This document shows, piece after piece, positions 9,262-18,270 of a stretch of DNA of 19,655 nucleotides. The translations under genes and the position numbers were made by a program. The notes under the pieces were generated by a model. That model was given only the letters and a program-made list of their open reading frames with translations, was not told the DNA's origin and made no database searches. The stretch comes from an uncultured Chloroflexia bacterium. GTDB lineage: Bacteria; Chloroflexota; Limnocylindria; Limnocylindrales; CSP1-4. Each line of letters begins with the position of its first letter. Within the stretch, counting starts at the first letter, position 1. The DNA lies in assembly GCA_963752475.1 (NCBI GenBank), contig CAVVYR010000003.1, positions 1 to 19,655 of the forward strand. Direction: 5' to 3'.

Positions 9262-10296
9262 CTAGACCTCGACGCTGACGATCGGTTCCACCTGCGAGTG
9301 CACCTGACGCAGCACGGGCGCCATCTCGCCGAACTGTTCGAATGTCAGCGATTGCGGGCCGTCGGACAGGGCGTCGTCGGGGTTCGGATGCACCTCGACC
9401 ATGATGCCGTCGGCGCCACCGGCGACCGCGGCTACGGCCATCGGCGGCACCAACCACCGCTGGCCCGTGGCATGGGACGGGTCGACCACGACCGGGAGGT
9501 GCGTCAGCTTATGCAGCAGCGGCACAGCCGTGAGGTCGAGGGTGTTGCGGGTGTACTTCTCGAACGTGCGGATGCCGCGCTCACAGAGGATCACGTTGGG
9601 GTTGCCCGAGCTGACGATGTACTCCGCCGCCATGAGCCACTCTTCGACGGTGGCGCTGATGCCGCGCTTGAGCATGACCGGCTTCTCGGTGCGGCCGGCA
9701 GCCATGAGCAGCGAGAAGTTCTGCATGTTGCGCGCGCCGATCTGGAGGATGTCCGCGTGCAGCTCGACCTGCGTGATCTGGCTCGGCTCCATGACCTCGG
9801 TGATGACCGGCAGACCGGTCTCGGCGCGGGCTTCAGCGAGGAAGCGGACGCCATCCATGCCCAGACCCTGGAAGCTGTAAGGGCTCGTCCGAGGCTTGAA
9901 GGCACCGCCGCGCAACACCGTCGCGCCAGCCTCCGCGACCGCCGTGGCTGTGCGCATCAGCTGGTCGCGGCTCTCGATGGCGCAGGGGCCGGCCATGATC
10001 GTCAGCGAGCCACCGCCGATGGTCGTGTTGCCCACCTCGATGACCGTGTCCTGCGGGTGGAAGTCACGCGAGGTCAGCTTGAAGGGCTTGCTGATGGGTG
10101 TGACCGACTCGACCCCGGGCAGGACGGCGAGGTGTGCCATGACCTGTTCCTTGCGCGGTCCGACGTCGCCGACGACGCCGATGATCACGCGCTGCTCGCC
10201 ACGGCTCTCGTGGGGCGTGAGTCCATCGGCCTCGATGTGGCGACGGACCTCCTGGACCTCTTCCTCGGTCGCTCCGACCGACATCACGACCAGCAT
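9262..10296 (-). CDS. aroF: 3-deoxy-7-phosphoheptulonate (DAHP) synthase, type I-beta with N-terminal ferredoxin-like regulatory domain
   Basis: Motifs [68 protein letters not shown] lies 8 nt upstream of ATG. Confidence 0.97.
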   Translation of the reverse strand: MLVVMSVGATEEEVQEVRRHIEADGLTPHESRGEQRVIIGVVGDVGPRKEQVMAHLAVLPGVESVTPISKPFKLTSRDFHPQDTVIEVGNTTIGGGSLTIMAGPCAIESRDQLMRTATAVAEAGATVLRGGAFKPRTSPYSFQGLGMDGVRFLAEARAETGLPVITEVMEPSQITQVELHADILQIGARNMQNFSLLMAAGRTEKPVMLKRGISATVEEWLMAAEYIVSSGNPNVILCERGIRTFEKYTRNTLDLTAVPLLHKLTHLPVVVDPSHATGQRWLVPPMAVAAVAGGADGIMVEVHPNPDDALSDGPQSLTFEQFGEMAPVLRQVHSQVEPIVSVEV

Positions 10297-10353
10297 GCGG
10301 TCGACTCCTTCCTCGGGATCAGCTCAGGCCACTGAAGGGCCGGATGGATGTGC

Positions 10354-11079
10354 TCAGGCTTCGCGGTCGGGCACCGTGTGGAAGAGCTCCGCCTCAGGCT
10401 CGCCCTCCAGGACGCGGATGAGTCTCGCCGGGCGCAGACCAAGGGTCGCGCGCCCGCGAGGACCTTCGAGGGTCAGGGAATCCGTCGACTCGGAACGCGC
10501 AAGGATCGTCACCTGCGCACCGGGCCGAAGGCCTCGCGCCTGAAGGTACGACACCAACCCGCCGTCTTCCTCGGCAGCCTCGGTGATGCGATAGACGGTC
10601 GCTCGTACGCCCGCGTCCACGTCACTCAACGGCAGGCCATCGGGGCGTCTCCTCGCGATGGCCTCATCGATCGGGTTGCCGTGCGGACACGTCTCCGGAT
10701 GGCCCAGGAGCTCATCGAGGGCCGCTTCGACACGGGGCGAGATATGGGCCTGCAGCCGGATGGCCTCCGGATCGATCTCTGCCCAGGGGATGCCCAGCAC
10801 GGATGCCAGCAGCCACTCGGCCAAGGCATGGCGGCGGTAGATGGCGTCCGCCTCCTGGTTGCCCTTGGTCGTCAGGCAGACGTTGCGCTGCTCGCCGATC
10901 TCGACGAGGCCGGCACCCGAGAGGCGTCGCAGCATCTCGCTCGTCGCCTGCGGAGAGACGCTCATCCGCCGCGCGAGGTCGGCTGCGCTGAGCGGGTCAC
11001 CACCACGCGACTGGCGGATGGCCAGCAGGTACGCCTGCTCGGCGGCGGAGGTCTCTGGTCGCTCGCGGTTCCCGTTCAC
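10354..11079 (-). CDS. DtxR/IdeR/MntR-family transcriptional regulator with C-terminal FeoA/SH3-like domain (degenerate metal site)
   Basis: YLLAI...LARRMSVSPQATSEMLRRL winged HTH, LTTKG...RRHALAEWLL, CPHGNPI, YLQARGLRPG (FeoA). Start GTG 11079 lies 6 nt after a TATCCT -10 (leaderless). The track ORF start at 11202 overlaps the upstream permease. Confidence 0.92.
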   Translation of the reverse strand: MNGNRERPETSAAEQAYLLAIRQSRGGDPLSAADLARRMSVSPQATSEMLRRLSGAGLVEIGEQRNVCLTTKGNQEADAIYRRHALAEWLLASVLGIPWAEIDPEAIRLQAHISPRVEAALDELLGHPETCPHGNPIDEAIARRRPDGLPLSDVDAGVRATVYRITEAAEEDGGLVSYLQARGLRPGAQVTILARSESTDSLTLEGPRGRATLGLRPARLIRVLEGEPEAELFHTVPDREA

Positions 11080-11085
11080 GCCTAC

Positions 11086-11091
11086 AGGATA
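11086..11091 (-). promoter_or_regulatory. -10 box TATCCT for a leaderless DtxR-family transcript
   Basis: TATCCT-gtaggc-GTG; no SD sequence before the start. Confidence 0.55.
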
Positions 11092-11135
11092 GGACGACGG
11101 CCACGTCAGGGAGCGGCTGAAGCGACGACCGTCGC

Positions 11136-13520
11136 TCAGAACGAACGGTCCCGCACGATCTTCCCCAGCTCCAGCCGACCGACCGCGCGCAGGGCGGGCC
11201 ACTGCGAGAGCAGCCCGACCACGATGATGGCCACCGACGTGAGTGCGAAGGTCATCGGCCGGACGTATAGCTCGAAGGCGAACATGTCGGAACTGAAGGC
11301 GTACATGAAGACCCAGGCCAGGACCCAGCCGAAGATGAGGCCCGGCACGAGCCCCACGATCGTCAGCAACAGGTTCTGGATCGTCACCATGGAGCCGATG
11401 GCCCGCCGCGAAAGACCGAGCGTGCGCAAGACGGCCAGCTCCCCCTGACGCTCGGAGATGTTGGCCGACATCGTGTTGTAGATGAGCGCGAAGGCCAGCA
11501 CGCCGCCAAGCACGATCATCACGCCCACGAAGGCGTAGAACAGTCCCATGTACTCCTGCACCAGCTCGTACAGCGCGTCCGAATCGACGAAGGCCTGGAC
11601 GCCCGCGATGGCACTCAACGATGCGCGCATCGTCGAGCCGTCCACGCCATCCGCGAACGTGAGCATCAGCAGGTTCGACGGATCGGTGCCGGCCGCCGAC
11701 ACACCAAGAGCGGCCTCCACCGCCCCGATCGCGTATGGCAGTGAGGTGTACGCGTTCGTCCCCAGCGGCTCTCTCACGAAACCGGCCACAGGCACGCTCT
11801 CGAGCAGACCCAAACTGGCGATCTGCAGATCCACCGTCTCGCCGACCTTGACGCCGAGGGCTCCCTCGAGCGCCTGGCCGAGCACGATGCCCTCCTCCGG
11901 CACTGGTAGAACGCGGCCATCGGCGTCCAACAGGACGTGCATCTCGGCCTCGGGCTCGAGCGCGGTCAACGTGGTCGTGTAGGAACCGTCAGGACCGACC
12001 ACCGATACCGGGACGACCAGCGCTTCCTCGACCCCGGTGACACCGTCCACAGCACGCACGTCGGTGGCGATCTGCTCCGCTGGGCGGCCGGCGACGTGCA
12101 GCTGTGCGTCGTAGTGCTGGATCTGCACGAACTGGCGATCGAGCAGGACCTGCACGCTGTCGATGAAGCCCCACGAGACGATGACCAGCATCGTGGCCAG
12201 CATCACGCCCACGACCGACGCCACGCTGCGTCGGCGTGCACGCCCGAGGCCGCGGATGGCCGAGAGCCAACGCACCGGCAGCCGGCGCAAAGGCGGGATG
12301 ATCCGCTCGAGCAGCGACTCACCCCCGCCACCTGGAGGCAGCTGGCCGCGCATAGCCGTGGCCGGCGAGATGCGACCCGCCTGCCTGGCCGGGAACCAGG
12401 CCGCGAGGAATCCGGTGACGACGCCGACGAGGAAGCCTGTCGCGACCGTCGCGGGTCGGATCTCCACGACTGCGGCGGGGATGCTCAAGGTAGTGGTGTA
12501 CAGCCGGGTGATGCCCTCAGCCAGAAGGGCTCCGATGACCACGCCCACGACCGAGGCCACCACACCCACGACCACGCCGATGGCAGCGTAGTGCCAGGTG
12601 ATGGTGCGACTGCGGAAGCCGAGTGCGCGCATGGTGCCGATGTTCGCCACCTGCCCGGAGATCATCCGCCCCAGCATCACGTAGGTGGCGAAGGCGGCGG
12701 CGATGAGGAAGAACGCTGGGAACATCACCGACATCTCGGCGAATCCCGAGACGTCCTCCTGGAGCGCGGCGTTCGAGGGTTGCTCGTCGAGCGTGAAGGC
12801 ATCGAGCGCGCCGGCCGCGAGCACGGCCGCACGCGCGTCTTCGACGGCCTCCGCCGACGCGTCGTCGGCGAGACGGAAGAGCACTTCCGAGCGCTGGGCC
12901 GTGGGTGCCAGCTCTCGCACGAACGACTCCGACGCGAACACGACCCCGAAGTCATCGGGCAGGACCAGCACCTCCTGGCGGCTCTTGGCCGGCCACAGGT
13001 ACTCGGGCGAGGCGGCCACGCCAAGGACCTGCGCCTCGGCCCAACCGTCGGGCGTGGAGATGGAGAGCGCCTCACCAGGCTCGAGATCGAAGTGTGCCGC
13101 CATGTGCTGCTCGACCACCACACCGTGCGGCGTCCGCGGATCGAGGGTCGTGCCGACGGTGATCCGGATGTCGTTGACGGTCGACTGGCCCGACGACTGC
13201 ATGCCCACCGCGCGACCGAGCATCGTGTGGTCCTCGCCGACGAGGAATGGAACGTCGGCCACGGTGCGAGCTGTCGAGGCCCGCAGCCCCGGCATCTGGT
13301 CGCCGGCGGCAAGCACCTCCTCGCGTGGGCCGCCGACCGCGGTGACGTGAGCGAAGCTGGTCTCGCGGTAGAGCTTCTCGTACGAGCCGGTCAGGTTGAG
13401 GAACGCGTCGAAGGATGCGTTGAACATGCCCACGCCCAGCGCGATGACCAGGGCCACGCTGAGGAACTGGGCTGGCCGTCGGCGGATGTCGCGCCAGAGC
13501 GCGCGTGACAAGTGGCTCAC
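11136..13520 (-). CDS. FtsX-like/MacB-type ABC permease with two repeated permease modules
   Basis: Two sets of TM + large extracytoplasmic domain + 3 TM; motifs IGTMRALGF and ERQGELAVLRTLGL. GTG 13520 (or 13523) overlaps the ATPase stop. Confidence 0.93.
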   Translation of the reverse strand: MSHLSRALWRDIRRRPAQFLSVALVIALGVGMFNASFDAFLNLTGSYEKLYRETSFAHVTAVGGPREEVLAAGDQMPGLRASTARTVADVPFLVGEDHTMLGRAVGMQSSGQSTVNDIRITVGTTLDPRTPHGVVVEQHMAAHFDLEPGEALSISTPDGWAEAQVLGVAASPEYLWPAKSRQEVLVLPDDFGVVFASESFVRELAPTAQRSEVLFRLADDASAEAVEDARAAVLAAGALDAFTLDEQPSNAALQEDVSGFAEMSVMFPAFFLIAAAFATYVMLGRMISGQVANIGTMRALGFRSRTITWHYAAIGVVVGVVASVVGVVIGALLAEGITRLYTTTLSIPAAVVEIRPATVATGFLVGVVTGFLAAWFPARQAGRISPATAMRGQLPPGGGGESLLERIIPPLRRLPVRWLSAIRGLGRARRRSVASVVGVMLATMLVIVSWGFIDSVQVLLDRQFVQIQHYDAQLHVAGRPAEQIATDVRAVDGVTGVEEALVVPVSVVGPDGSYTTTLTALEPEAEMHVLLDADGRVLPVPEEGIVLGQALEGALGVKVGETVDLQIASLGLLESVPVAGFVREPLGTNAYTSLPYAIGAVEAALGVSAAGTDPSNLLMLTFADGVDGSTMRASLSAIAGVQAFVDSDALYELVQEYMGLFYAFVGVMIVLGGVLAFALIYNTMSANISERQGELAVLRTLGLSRRAIGSMVTIQNLLLTIVGLVPGLIFGWVLAWVFMYAFSSDMFAFELYVRPMTFALTSVAIIVVGLLSQWPALRAVGRLELGKIVRDRSF

Positions 13521-14239
13521 CACTGCAGCTCCGAGGCGTCGACCGGATCGGGCTGGAGCCGGTCCTCCACGATCGAGCCGGAGTGCAGGTGGATGACGCG
13601 GTCGGCCATCCGGGCGATGGCCGAGTTGTGCGTCACCAGCAGGACCGTCGAGCCGAAGCTCCGGGCCGCGCGGCGCAGGGCTCCGAGCACCTGTCGGCCG
13701 GTCTCCAGATCGAGCGAGCCGGTAGGCTCGTCGAGAAGCAGCACCGTGGGGCGCTTCACCAGCGCCCGGGCGATGGCTACCCGCTGCTGCTCACCACCCG
13801 AGAGCAGGCTCGGGAAGCGACCGACGCGATCGACCAGGCCCACGGCTTCGAGCGACTCGGTGGCACCACGCTCGCCGACCCCGACGAGCTCGCCCACGAG
13901 CTGGACGTTCTCGAGCGCCGTGAGCGTCGGGATGAGGTTGAAGAATTGGAACACGAAGCCGACGTCGGTGCGGCGGTACTCGGTGAGCGCGGCCTCGTCG
14001 AGCCCACTGACCTCGTGTCGGTCGACGGTGATGGTGCCGGCCGTGACAGCCTCGATGCCGCCGATCAGGTTCATCAGCGTCGTCTTCCCCGAACCCGATG
14101 GTCCGAGCACGACCAGGAACTGGCCGCGCTCGATCTCGACGGAGGCATCGCGCAGGGCGTGAACCGCCAGATCGCCCTGGCCGAAGGTCTTGTCGACGTC
14201 CTCCAGGCGGATGACGGGTGCAGCGGCGTCTGTCGTCAT
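13517..14239 (-). CDS. ABC transporter ATP-binding protein, LolD/MacB-type
   Basis: [63 protein letters not shown] overlap with the TetR stop. Confidence 0.96.
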   Translation of the reverse strand: MTTDAAAPVIRLEDVDKTFGQGDLAVHALRDASVEIERGQFLVVLGPSGSGKTTLMNLIGGIEAVTAGTITVDRHEVSGLDEAALTEYRRTDVGFVFQFFNLIPTLTALENVQLVGELVGVGERGATESLEAVGLVDRVGRFPSLLSGGEQQRVAIARALVKRPTVLLLDEPTGSLDLETGRQVLGALRRAARSFGSTVLLVTHNSAIARMADRVIHLHSGSIVEDRLQPDPVDASELQW

Positions 14240-14859
14240 GTCCTCTCCTCCCCTGGTGGCTCCAGCAAACGGATGAGCGTCTCGGCGGTAGCGGTGGCAT
14301 CGAGGCTCTGGTCGGCCATGCGCTGGATGAGGAAGCCGTCGAGGAACGAGGCGATGACCGCGGTCAGCCGTTCGGCCGGGATGTCGTCGCGGACCACACC
14401 GCGCTCCTGGGCGACCACCAGCCTTGGCGCGAGCATCTCGCCCCAGGAACCCATGACGCCGCCCATGGCATCGGCCATCTCCGGTTCGCGCGTCACCTGC
14501 AGCATCGCCTCAGCCATGAGCACGCCGACGTCGGTACTCAGATCGAAGCGATCGAGCAGGCGCATGACGCGGTGGATGGACTCGGGCAGTGGGCGCTCGT
14601 CGAGGAGCTCGTCGATGAGCCGCCCCGTCTCCTGTTGAAGGCGCGTCATGACAGCTTCTCGCCGCAGGTTGGCGACCGACCCGAAGTGATAGTGCACCAG
14701 CGCCTGGTTGACCCCGGCCCGGTCGGCCACGGCCCGCGTGGTCACACCACGCCAGCCGCGTTCGACCACGAGCGATGCCGTAGCGGCCAGCAGCCGCTCT
14801 CGCGTCAGATCACCGCCGGCCGGCCGGTCTTCCGCGGTTTGGGCATTCGATTTAGGCAT
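14236..14859 (-). CDS. TetR/AcrR-family transcriptional regulator
   Basis: [49 protein letters not shown] 14859 lies 7 nt after TACCCT (leaderless). Confidence 0.95.
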   Translation of the reverse strand: MPKSNAQTAEDRPAGGDLTRERLLAATASLVVERGWRGVTTRAVADRAGVNQALVHYHFGSVANLRREAVMTRLQQETGRLIDELLDERPLPESIHRVMRLLDRFDLSTDVGVLMAEAMLQVTREPEMADAMGGVMGSWGEMLAPRLVVAQERGVVRDDIPAERLTAVIASFLDGFLIQRMADQSLDATATAETLIRLLEPPGEERT

Positions 14860-14866
14860 GTGCCCA

Positions 14867-14872
14867 AGGGTA
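14867..14872 (-). promoter_or_regulatory. -10 box TACCCT for the leaderless TetR-ABC operon
   Basis: TACCCT-tgggcac-ATG; no SD. Confidence 0.55.
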
Positions 14873-14916
14873 TCAGCCACAGGCAAGCAAGACCTTGGTG
14901 CCGGGGGCCAGCGGGC

Positions 14917-15460
14917 CTAGGGCTCGGGCGTGACCTCGTCACAGCGATCCCAGTCGACCGCACCTTCGATCCACTGGGGCCGAAGGCAATCGACCGGCGA
15001 CTCGGTCGGCACGGGCGTCTCCTCGACCATCATCCCGAAGCGCTGCCCGACGAGACGCGACTCGGCCGGCCAGGGATGCCAGTCATCGGGACGCGTGGCC
15101 TCGGTGGCGGTGGCGTAGAGCGCGATGCTGGTGCCATCGGGTGCGACCTGGGCCAGGATCTCGAGCTGCTGCCCGGTCGATCTCCACCTTGAGCGTGGCA
15201 TCGAACTCATCCGGCCCAGCCGCCGGCATCCAGGTGCCTTTCGAGAGGACGTCACCGGGACCGGAGACCACCAACGCGCCGCTGGGCTGGAACGCCCACA
15301 CGGCGCCGCCGACCTCATCCGCGGTGATCGACCAACGGCCGACGACAGGGTGATCCTCAGTAGCGTCCTGGGCCACGCTGGTCAGGACGACGGCCGCGAG
15401 CAGCAGCGTGGCTGTGGCGATCGAAGTGACGACGGACCGACCGACTGATATGCGCGTCAT
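14917..15460 (-). pseudogene. Secreted hypothetical protein (~180 aa) split by a single +1 frameshift near 15178 (pseudogene or sequencing error)
   Basis: ATG 15460 gives MTRISVGRSVVTSIATATLLLAAVVLTSVA|QDATEDHPVVGRWSI...LKVEI, which continues in another frame as TGQQLEILAQVAPDG...DWDRCDEVTPEP* (stop 14917). Removing one G (gag atc [g] acc ggg) joins them into 181 codons. A TACGGT -10 lies 9 nt upstream. Confidence 0.75.
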
Positions 15461-15628
15461 GGTGACACCACCGTAGCAGGCGCAGGCAAAGGTGCGATCA
15501 AGGAACGGGGCGCCGGACGCAACGGGCGCCCGGCTCTCCCACTCGGCTGCCCGTGCTGGCAGCCCACGTGACCTCCGCATGCCGGGGCCGGATGGGACCT
15601 GGTCGCACCCGAAGCGCGCTGGTTCCGG

Positions 15629-15646
15629 TATGTCATCCGTGGCATA
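15629..15646. promoter_or_regulatory. Imperfect palindrome TATGTCA-TCCG-TGGCATA upstream of the 671-aa gene (possible operator or hairpin)
   Basis: 7-bp arms with one mismatch (G-U compatible), in an AT-richer patch of the divergent intergenic region. Confidence 0.35.
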
Positions 15647-15703
15647 TTGGGACGACCGCCCCGCGGGCGGACCGCTCCACGAGACCGACCACCCGAAGGA
15701 CGT

Positions 15704-17719
15704 ATGAACGCACGACTGACGACGCTGGTCTCTCGCGCCCTCGGCCCTGACGCCAGCGTGCCCGGCCTGCCGCTGTTCCACGCGGGGCGATGGCTCAGCG
15801 ATGACGCCGACCCACATGCACAGGTCGCGGCGGCATTCCTCATCGCGGCGGGCGGCGAGTCGCTCCCGGATCACGCTCAGGCCCAGCGCATCCTCGAGGA
15901 TCCGCCGAGCGCTGCTGGCGAGGTCGCGGCGTTCTACCGCGACGCCCTCGACCTCGTCGACGCGGAGCTCGAGGAAGCCTTCGAGCGCGACGCCGAGCTC
16001 GCCCGCGAGTGGGACGCGGCTGCTGACGCCCTGGCCGCGGCAGGCACGGGCGAAGAGGCGTCCGAGGCCATCTGGCGAGCGCTGTTCCCGCAGGCGGTCG
16101 GTATCCGCCATCACGAGAACACGCACATCTCCGCCCTGCGACACCACCGTACCGTCGAGATCGAGGAACCGGCTCCCGAGCCCATCGCAGACCCCGCGCG
16201 AGAGGTGCTGTTCACGTCCAACGTGCTGCTGACGGTGCCCGACGAGTCGACCGACATCGAGGCCCTGCCCTACCCTGCCGAGCTGCGCGAGGCCATCCGA
16301 GCCGCCGCGGCCGAACCGCAGCGCTACTGGTTCGACCACCCCATCCAGATCGGCGTCGAGCCCGCCGCCAACGAGCTGCTCTACGGACTGCGCGGTCTCG
16401 ATGCCGCCATCGCTGCCGAGGACGAGCCCGCGCGAGTCACCTGTCTGCTCTCGGTGAGCGTCACCCACGAAGGTCTCGCCGGCGTCGCCCGACGGTACGT
16501 CGAGGCGGAGCTGGCCCGTGACGGCGGCCTGCAGCATCTCGAGGTCGTCATCGTCACCGAGGACGAGACACGCCGTCTCGTGGACGAGGTCCTGCTGCCG
16601 GCGCTCCACGACCCAGCCGAAGAGGTCGCCGTGAGCTTGCGGCGCGTGGTCGGCGTGGACGGGCGCTACGGTCGCCACTACAGCTTCCTCAAGGCCGTGG
16701 CTGCGTTGTGGCAGGCCTCGGTCGCGTCGGAGGTCCGGGCCACCTTCAAGATCGACCTCGATCAGGTCTTCCCGCAGGACGTGCTCAAGGCCGAGACGGG
16801 CAAGACCGTGCTCGAGCACCTGCGTACGCCGCTGTGGGGCGCCACCGCTCGCTCCGCCGACGGAGAGGAGCTGGAACTGGGCATGCTCGCCGGCGCCCTC
16901 GTCAATGAGCGGGACATCGGGCATGGCCTCTTCACGCCGGACGTACCTATCCCGGAACGGCTGCCGGCACTCGACGAGCACGTCTTCTTCAGTCCATTGC
17001 CGCAGTCGATCTCGACGCGAGCGGAGATGATGGAGCGTTACGACGGAGCTTCCATCGACGGCCGGACGCGGGCGCTGGAGCGGGTCCACGTCACCGGCGG
17101 CACCAACGGCATCCGTATCGACGCGCTTCGGAAGCATCGTCCGTTCACACCGACCTGGGTCGGCCGCGCAGAGGACCAGGCCTATCTCCTGTCAGCTCTG
17201 GGCCAGGCCGGACCTCGACTGGCATACGCGCATGCCGCAGGCCTCATCATGCGGCACGACAAGGAGGCCTTCGCAAACCAGTCGATGGAAGCGGCCAAGA
17301 TCGGCAAGCTCATCGGTGACGACGTCCGCATCCTCGTCTTCTCGGCCTATGTGTCGGCACTGGCCCGCACGGGGATCGACGAGGCCGAGAGCCACCGACT
17401 GCTCGACCCATTCACCGGCTGTTTCGCGTCGGCGACACCGAAGACCCTGGTCGTCTTGCGGGTGGCGCTGCGTACCCTGCGGCTCTTCGGCTCAGGCAAG
17501 GTCGACGATGCGCGCGAGTACGCCACCCTCGCGGCCCAGCGAGTGACCGATGCGTTGGCGACCGATGGCGATCCCCGCATGGTGCAGCTGGCGCTGGCCG
17601 AGGAGCGGCAGGCCTGGAACGCCTACTACGACGCCATCGACGCCATCGAGGCCGACGGGTCCGAGCTGGCGGGACGAGCCAAGGCCATCCTCGACGAGTG
17701 CCGGGTGAAGACGGCCTAG
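15704..17719 (+). CDS. Uncharacterised 671-aa cytoplasmic protein with GT-A glycosyltransferase-like motifs
   Basis: Long ORF with strong GC3 bias; GAAGGA just before ATG 15704. Motifs FKIDLDQ (DxD after a beta-strand), VTGGTNGI, GRAEDQ, MRHDK. Function is inferred only. Confidence 0.85.
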   Translation: MNARLTTLVSRALGPDASVPGLPLFHAGRWLSDDADPHAQVAAAFLIAAGGESLPDHAQAQRILEDPPSAAGEVAAFYRDALDLVDAELEEAFERDAELAREWDAAADALAAAGTGEEASEAIWRALFPQAVGIRHHENTHISALRHHRTVEIEEPAPEPIADPAREVLFTSNVLLTVPDESTDIEALPYPAELREAIRAAAAEPQRYWFDHPIQIGVEPAANELLYGLRGLDAAIAAEDEPARVTCLLSVSVTHEGLAGVARRYVEAELARDGGLQHLEVVIVTEDETRRLVDEVLLPALHDPAEEVAVSLRRVVGVDGRYGRHYSFLKAVAALWQASVASEVRATFKIDLDQVFPQDVLKAETGKTVLEHLRTPLWGATARSADGEELELGMLAGALVNERDIGHGLFTPDVPIPERLPALDEHVFFSPLPQSISTRAEMMERYDGASIDGRTRALERVHVTGGTNGIRIDALRKHRPFTPTWVGRAEDQAYLLSALGQAGPRLAYAHAAGLIMRHDKEAFANQSMEAAKIGKLIGDDVRILVFSAYVSALARTGIDEAESHRLLDPFTGCFASATPKTLVVLRVALRTLRLFGSGKVDDAREYATLAAQRVTDALATDGDPRMVQLALAEERQAWNAYYDAIDAIEADGSELAGRAKAILDECRVKTA

Positions 17720-18222
17720 ACCGAGGGCGGCTCCAACCCGAGCGTGGTTGCGATCGAGCCCAAAGCCGACCGCTCGGCGTCATTCACCACCACTCCGCCA
17801 CGGCCCAGGAAACCCTGGTCCTCCTTGCCTGCCTGCGCGACGGTCACGGCGATGGCCAGCAGCCAGGCCTTGAAGCCGGCGGCCTCCTCTGCGGTGGCCT
17901 TCTCATCGAGGAGCCGCACGACGCGCCCGAGCACGATCATCGACTCGTCGAGCGCCCCAGGCGCCGACGCCACCGCGAGATAGTCCGCGAACACGTGGTC
18001 AGTCTCCAGCTGCGCCTGCAGCCACACAAGGATCGAGGTCACGAGCGTGTTGCCAACGAAGTCCGGCTGGCTCTTGAGGATGTAGTCGGCCGCAGCGAAG
18101 CCCTCGCTGACGGTCTCTTCCTTGCGCCCGGGACTCGCCGCCGAGACCGCCACCGCGGCTGATCGGATGGCTGAGCGGAGCAACTCCTGCTCTTCGTCGG
18201 TGTAGTCGGCAAAGACGGTCAT
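17716..18222 (-). CDS. Hypothetical 168-aa alpha-helical protein (possibly TerB-like fold)
   Basis: AGAGGT SD and TACCCT -10 upstream. The C-terminal motif EEAAGFKAWLLAIA..VAQAGKE..GFLGRGG..V.DAE..AL..IA..LG resembles a widespread hypothetical family (from memory). Its stop overlaps the convergent gene in CTAG 17716-17719. Confidence 0.85.
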   Translation of the reverse strand: MTVFADYTDEEQELLRSAIRSAAVAVSAASPGRKEETVSEGFAAADYILKSQPDFVGNTLVTSILVWLQAQLETDHVFADYLAVASAPGALDESMIVLGRVVRLLDEKATAEEAAGFKAWLLAIAVTVAQAGKEDQGFLGRGGVVVNDAERSALGSIATTLGLEPPSV

Positions 18223-18270
18223 GGATACCTCTGCGGCGACGGCTCGATCGTCACTCAGGGTACCGCGTGG

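Noticed and set aside
10297-10353. Canonical DtxR/IdeR box or attenuator before aroF
   Set aside because: No TTAGG...CCTAA-like palindrome, leader peptide or terminator is seen.
14862-14901. CCAAGG...CCTTGG inverted repeat as the TetR operator
   Set aside because: Only 6-bp arms with a ~23-nt spacer; expected by chance.
9241-15192. Long plus-strand ORFs (364, 366, 523, 377, 324 aa)
   Set aside because: Codon-aligned antisense shadows of clear minus-strand genes, typical of high-GC DNA.
15461-17137. 684-aa minus ORF 15083..17137
   Set aside because: Most of it is antisense to the 671-aa gene; only the part from ATG 15460 is real.
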